Below the pieces are notes generated by a model that saw only the letters and a program-made list of their open reading frames with translations, was not told where the DNA came from and ran no database searches. A stretch of 64,000 nucleotides of DNA, from NCBI GenBank assembly GCA_964016885.1, contig OZ024740.1, positions 269,576,001 to 269,640,000 on the forward strand, read 5' to 3'. Positions 58,329 to 64,000 of the stretch are shown here, piece after piece (the first letter of the stretch is position 1; every line of letters starts with the position of its first letter). The DNA comes from Eledone cirrhosa (taxonomy: Eukaryota). The translations under genes were made by a program, and so were the position numbers.

Positions 58329-58537
58329 ATTCCTTTCAACTAAACTGTATCCATTCAAATCTTTCTATTTTTCTCCGGATTACTTTTGGAACTACAACTG
58401 GAACCGTCGAGCAAACTCTACGTGAGCTGATAATCTACTGTGTGTAATATTTATATTACAACACAACGGAAAATACTGTATATATATATATATATATATT
58501 TCTACATATATGTTGTATATATATATATATGCCTGTC

Positions 58538-58741
58538 GAGGCATACCGATAACTTCATTTATATTTGGCAACATTTTAGATTTCCACATACACGCACCTA
58601 TCAGATTGTTGTATACAAATGCATTTTTATAGATAATGCATATGCACTTATTTGTGTGTGTGCATTTGAGTTTACTTTGCATGTGTATGTGAGGAGATCT
58701 AAAATGTTGCCAAATGTAAATGAAGTTCAACTATGTGCCTC
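58538..58741. repeat. Fold-back with ~45-bp arms
   Basis: aacttcatttatatttggcaacattttagat / atctaaaatgttgccaaatgtaaatgaagtt. Confidence 0.75.
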
Positions 58742-60580
58742 AGCACTTCATTTTACGTGCTCATTCTCACTATCACGAGAATATTCAAAATCCTACGTCT
58801 AAAATATGCATTTATACTATTACTACATATAATGTTATTTCCATGTACGTATATTTGCAACAATGCAATGGTAATAAAGTCGAAGTGATTGTAAATACTT
58901 GTTTTCTTGAGTCGTATAATATATGAATCTAATGATTTCTTGAAACGAAAATCAAACCACATTGGATTATTCTAAATTCATCTTATGGAAGAAAACTATA
59001 TTAAATAGTTAGTTGTACCGAACCTGATCATACTAAGAGGGTATTAAACTATCCACCAATGTATTGTTGGTTACTATTATATGCTGTGTTGCAGCTGTGT
59101 GCAAGATACTATTTTCTCAATTATTCATTATATCTATTTGTAAATAACATAATTACAGTTTCTTTCTGTACAAATTAGAATAATTGCGTACTATCAGATT
59201 GCTTCGTTAGAGAGTTGTATTGTATTTAGCACTGTCTATCTTTCACAGAAAAACCAATTATTTAAGTATGATGTGCCACCGAATCTACTGTTTGGCTCTG
59301 ATCCTGATTGTGTGTTGACGGATTCTATAAAGCATTATACCCTTCGTTCAATTTCCTACGTATCTGTATCTCGCACAATATAGGTATCTAAAGTAGATGA
59401 TTAATATGATGTCAGAGTATTCGAAGGATTTGTGTTAGACGTAATTGTTAAATCAGTAAAAAAGTTGTGAAATTTATAAAGATTACGTTATATATAGATA
59501 ATTTAAAAGGAACATTGATTTATAAAGCTAGTGATATATATAAAGATGAAAAATAACCGAGTAAGAGATAATACAGGAAACTATAACAATTCAAACATAC
59601 TCCAACATATATAGCTAAGAAGCCTGTCGGTTCTATATTCAATATCAAGATGAATTATAATTATTGATCCCTCCGTACTTAAAAAGAATGAAACACAAAG
59701 AACATTTTTACTCCGGACGTCTGTATTCAAAATTTGTTTAGATATTTTATGTTTAAAGTAAATGCTATGCAAATTATTCGGATACTTATTAATAGTGTAT
59801 AGTAAAGCAGATATGATATGATAGAAAGAACATTAAGACAAATATAAATATACTAATTCTTCACTCGTTAATTAAATTAGCTCACAACAGAAAGATTGAA
59901 TGAACCGAATAATGTTGCCTGTAAATGTTATGAGAAAATTCATATACCTGTTTATGAGAATGAAAATTCATGTACACGTTTATGCAAATATAGTGGAAAA
60001 TATTTGAATATTTTCTTCCCATAAATTCGTTTCAGAAAGCTATCAAATGTTTACATACTGATTGATACTTCCGTGTTGAAAATATATTTGGCAAAAGAAT
60101 AATACGAATCTCAATGTATATTGATTACTTATACGTGTAGCAATAATATATTGTATTTCGATAGATTCTGTTACGCAAAATAACAGTTACAGTTTCCATT
60201 TCACTTTTCACTCTGGTCGTTGACCTTTGTACAAATAATCAGAGCTTTGAGTTTGTAGTTGAACATATCAGCTCAATCTAGAATGAAATTCATATTTTGA
60301 CTTATATATTGTATGGCAAATGTAACAGTTAGTTATATGATTTTAGTATATCCAATTAATCTTTATCTATACAAATTTCATAAGAATGTGATTTACTATA
60401 ATCTATATTTTAAACTATAATAGAAATTGACACAATCAACAAGTTTCCCTTTTCCTTCAAATATCGGCTTTAAGCATCAACGCAAAGTAGTTGCATATTT
60501 CATGTAAAACCTCGGGACACTGGAAAGAAGATGGCATGTGTGTGTGTGTGAATGAGAGAAAGTGATAAATAGATGTAGAA

Positions 60581-60625
<45 letters not shown>

Positions 60626-60830
60626 TAAAGAGAGGGGGAGAGGTCATTCATGGTAGAGAGCCGTTGAAAATTATTTTTACTTTCATACAGTAACACGCTA
60701 TTGTCAAAAGGCGATGGTAGGAGTGAATGTTTGTATGTGAGTATGAGAGGGAGAGGAATTGAATATTCTATTATTTCTCAGATTTATTCGATTTATTCTA
60801 TGTTGTATATATAATTAAGTACTAGTCTTA

Positions 60831-61730
60831 TACGAGGTGGGTCAGAAAAGTTCCAGGACTGAGGTCACAAAAGATTTATTTCAAACCCAAACTTCACGCT
60901 AAGAGTTTTCTCCTTCAAAGTAATCCCCCTGGAGTCTAATGTACTTTTCCATTCTTTTCTGCCACGCTTGCATGCACTCCTGGAAGGATTCTTACGGGAT
61001 CCTTCGCAGTTCCGTCGTCACGGCCTTTTTGATGTCGTTCACGTCTTCAAAACAGGTCCCCTCCGGGTCGTACTCGAAGATCCATGACTCATCACCGGTA
61101 ATGACTGTCCCTAGCAAGTCTGGTTCGGTTTCAAGACGCTCGAGGATTCCCTGGCACACTTGCATGCGTCGACCCATCTGGTCATCGTTCAGCAGTTTTG
61201 GCACCATCTTCGCGCAGACCTTCCGCATGTCCAAATCTTTAGTGAGAATCTTCCAGATGCTGTCCCGATTCATGCCCAGCTCATTTACCATCAGTCAAAC
61301 AGTCAGCCGACGATCGCTACGTACCATCTGTCTGACGCGCTCAACGTTGACCTCAGTCCTGGTTGTTGAGGGCCTTCCGTTCCTGGGGTCATCTTCCACG
61401 TCCTCACGTCCTTCTTTAAACCTCTTGCACCACTCAAAAACACGGGAGCGTGATATCGTCTCATCTCCATACACTTGCTGCAGCAACCCCAGTGCTTCTG
61501 ACGGAGTTTTCAAGTTTGTTCGTTGCTCTGTGCTCATTGCTTGACGACCTGGAACAGAGGACATGTATATAAAATTGTGAAGAAAAACGTTTGATGGCTG
61601 CAGAGAGCTAAGATTATAGTTACATACTCCAGGGGGATTACTTTGAAGGAGAAACCTCGTAGTGTGAAGTTTGGATTTGAAATAAATCTTTTGTGACATC
61701 AGTCCTGGAACTTTTCTGACCCACCTCGTG
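60831..61730 (-). mobile_element. Internally deleted mariner transposon, 900 bp, ~105-bp TIRs, TA TSD
   Basis: TIR tacgaggtgggtcagaaaagttccaggactga...; transposase remnants SRSRVFEWCKRFKEGREDVEDDPRNGRP, AKMVPKLL, ITGDESWIFEYDPE; D34D region deleted. Confidence 0.93.
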
Positions 61731-62730
61731 TATCATAAGAAATGTATTTAAATAACATACTAATCTTTAATACTTGGTTGTTGTATCAAATTAAACCGTG
61801 TAATATCCTCGGGGCTGGTTTACTTACGTTAACCTTAAGGTACACAATTTTCACAAACCAACGTCTTTAGCGTCCCTGTGAAAAATACATATTATTGTTT
61901 AACCATGTAATTCTTTTTGTACGAAAAACGCTAAGAAAATATATCCACATGTGGTTAAACGAATGTAACTAGTTTTGAAAGTGAAGTTAAAAGCCTATAC
62001 TTACGAACAACTTTTGTCATAAGTTTACCTTACATTTCTATTTATATTGAGTTAGCCTGTAGGGCAGCAGGATTGTCAGAGCTCACATATATAGACCCTC
62101 TGAATATACACCAACCTGACTAGACCAAGGTATGGCTGAACTTGGATTTGTGGAGGAAAAAATATATGGAAGGTTCAAAATCTGTAGAATATTCTAATGA
62201 TTCGATAAATGAATACTTATACAATAGACACCGACAATTACCTTTTCTTTATAACCATGCCACCGGGAATGTAGCCAGTCAAAAATATACTCCAAATTAA
62301 GCAAAAGAGAAACATATATACATACATACATAATGGCTGGGCCCTAGTTATCGAGTATGGCCATTGCACAATATACCATTATTAATAATTATTAATTAAT
62401 TCTATCGTGCAATGCCTGTGCGTGAAGATATTTTTTAAAGTGAGGAAAGACTGTGCACTGAGCCAATCCCACTCTTTGAGCAACAGTAGCTATAACCCGA
62501 AAAGAAGAAAAGATCAACATTATCGGTAACTACTGAGCCGTAGGTTTTATATCGGAGTTATCCCAGTTTCCTGAGTTGCCTTCTCCTAGAAGAATGCTCT
62601 GACTAAGGCTAAGGGTCATTCACTCCCAGTGGTTTAACATACATACATACATACATACATACATACATACATACATACATACATACATACATACATACAT
62701 ACATACATACATACATACATACATACATAC

Positions 62731-63610
62731 AATACAATGCAGGCACAACAGACCAGATAATATGATATGGGATAGGGAGAAGAAAGTATGCACAGTAGTG
62801 GAAATTAGCTGCCCAACAGATGCCAATATAATATCAAAGATTAGCGAAAAAGAGAATATTTATGCAGAACTGATGAGAAATCTGCAGATACTCCACCTTG
62901 ATTACACCTTCAGATTTATGCCTGTGATTATTGGGGCAGTGGGGGTATGTTAGTAACTGCCTCAATACAAATCTTGAGAAGCTGGGCTTCACAGAAACAG
63001 AAAGAACACAACTAGTTAGGAAATTACATCTACAATCCATTAATGGAACAGTAAAAATATGTAAAACATTCCAAACATTTTGCATCTAATAACTGCATAT
63101 ACACATGTACAGATACAAAACATAACATATGCACACATACAACTCAAAACATACACATACACACATACAATAACATCCACATGCATGCATACATATCTAC
63201 CTAGTTGATGTTGTGTAAATTCCAATAAGAGAGTCTTGTGTCTATGTTAGAAACCGACTCTCTCTTTATTGTGAAAAGAATTTGTGAAATTATTAAACCA
63301 GAAGAACATACATAATACATGCATACATCCAGGCATACATACATGCATACATACATACATGGTGGCTGCCAACTCGTTTTCGAGTACGACCACTACTTTA
63401 TATCCTTGTAGGGGAACCCCTACCGATACGCTGAACGAGTGTGACGTTTTAGTCCAGCCAGCGACTTGAAAACTCTGGTACAAACACTACACCTGTGACA
63501 ATTATTGACACATAGTGCTGGGCCCATGGTACCATGTGACGACAAGTGCAGACAGATCTCCAGATACAAAGCAATGCCTGTGCCGTGAAGCTTTTATAGT
63601 GAGCAAAGGC
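62731..63610 (+). mobile_element. R4/Dong-like LINE 3' end (restriction-like endonuclease) inserted in (CATA)n
   Basis: HNRPD.MIWD....C.VVEISCP.D.NI..K..EKEN.Y..L...PVIIGAVG, then after a frameshift ...GTVKICKTF; (CATA)n on both sides. Confidence 0.8.
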
Positions 63611-63699
63611 ACATACATACATACATACATACATACATACATACATACATACATACATACATACATACATGCATATTACCGCATTAAAATCATAATAAG

Positions 63700-63802
63700 A
63701 TATTGTCTGTCGGGTGCATAAACTGTTTCCATCTGATCCGGCTTGTGAGAGAGCCCGCTGGAAGCAGTGGTTCAGTATTCAGTCGCCACGACACTCTGAG
63801 GT

Positions 63803-63834
<32 letters not shown>

Positions 63835-63918
63835 AAGAAGAAGAAGAAGAAAACGACGAGGACGACGATGAAGAAGAAGAAGAAGAAGAAGAAGAAGAAG
63901 AAGAAGAAGAAGAAGAAG
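63700..63918 (+). mobile_element. Probable short LINE 3' end with (AAG)n tail
   Basis: GC-richer stub ending cgccacgacactctgaggtgt followed by (AAG)n, similar to the end at ~25540. Confidence 0.45.
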
Positions 63919-64000
63919 GCATAAACTCAGCTGGAACGTAAATATTATTTTAAGCGTTTAACTAAGATACATTACAAAGTGACATTTTAGTTATGTTACA

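Larger units (their letters stand above)
55649..58478. mobile_element. Young, severely 5'-truncated PLE forming a 2.7-kb palindrome plus 3' tail
   Basis: Arms 55649-57007 and 57009-58367 with a 1-nt spacer; extra 110-nt tail to (TA)n; GIY-YIG C-terminus and a hammerhead in each arm. Confidence 0.9.

Noticed and set aside
60939-61544. 201-aa plus-strand ORF
   Set aside because: Antisense shadow of the mariner transposase.

Overview
AT-rich, microsatellite-saturated eukaryotic DNA. The SINE and repeat content resembles an octopod cephalopod, which is my inference from recognition. The only host gene is a single-coding-exon class A GPCR (FMRFamide/sex-peptide-receptor-like, 20298-21716, minus strand). 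The rest is mobile DNA: many copies of a tRNA-derived SINE, RTE/CR1/R4-type LINE remnants, an internally deleted mariner, MITEs, non-autonomous Helitrons, minisatellites, and Penelope-like elements (PLEs). The main hidden signal is a dense set of inverted, fold-back PLE-derived elements inserted in (TA)n tracts. Most carry type I hammerhead ribozyme motifs (CUGANGA...GAAAC-palindrome-GUH) from several unrelated sequence families. These include motifs with ~90-100 nt stem II inserts, a recurrent CCGANGA core variant, one hammerhead split by a Helitron, one hit by a SINE, and several lying sense to the GPCR just past its stop codon. Nearly all YI/CV/TH-rich ORFs in the track are microsatellite artefacts. 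Ribozyme calls were folded by eye and are untested.
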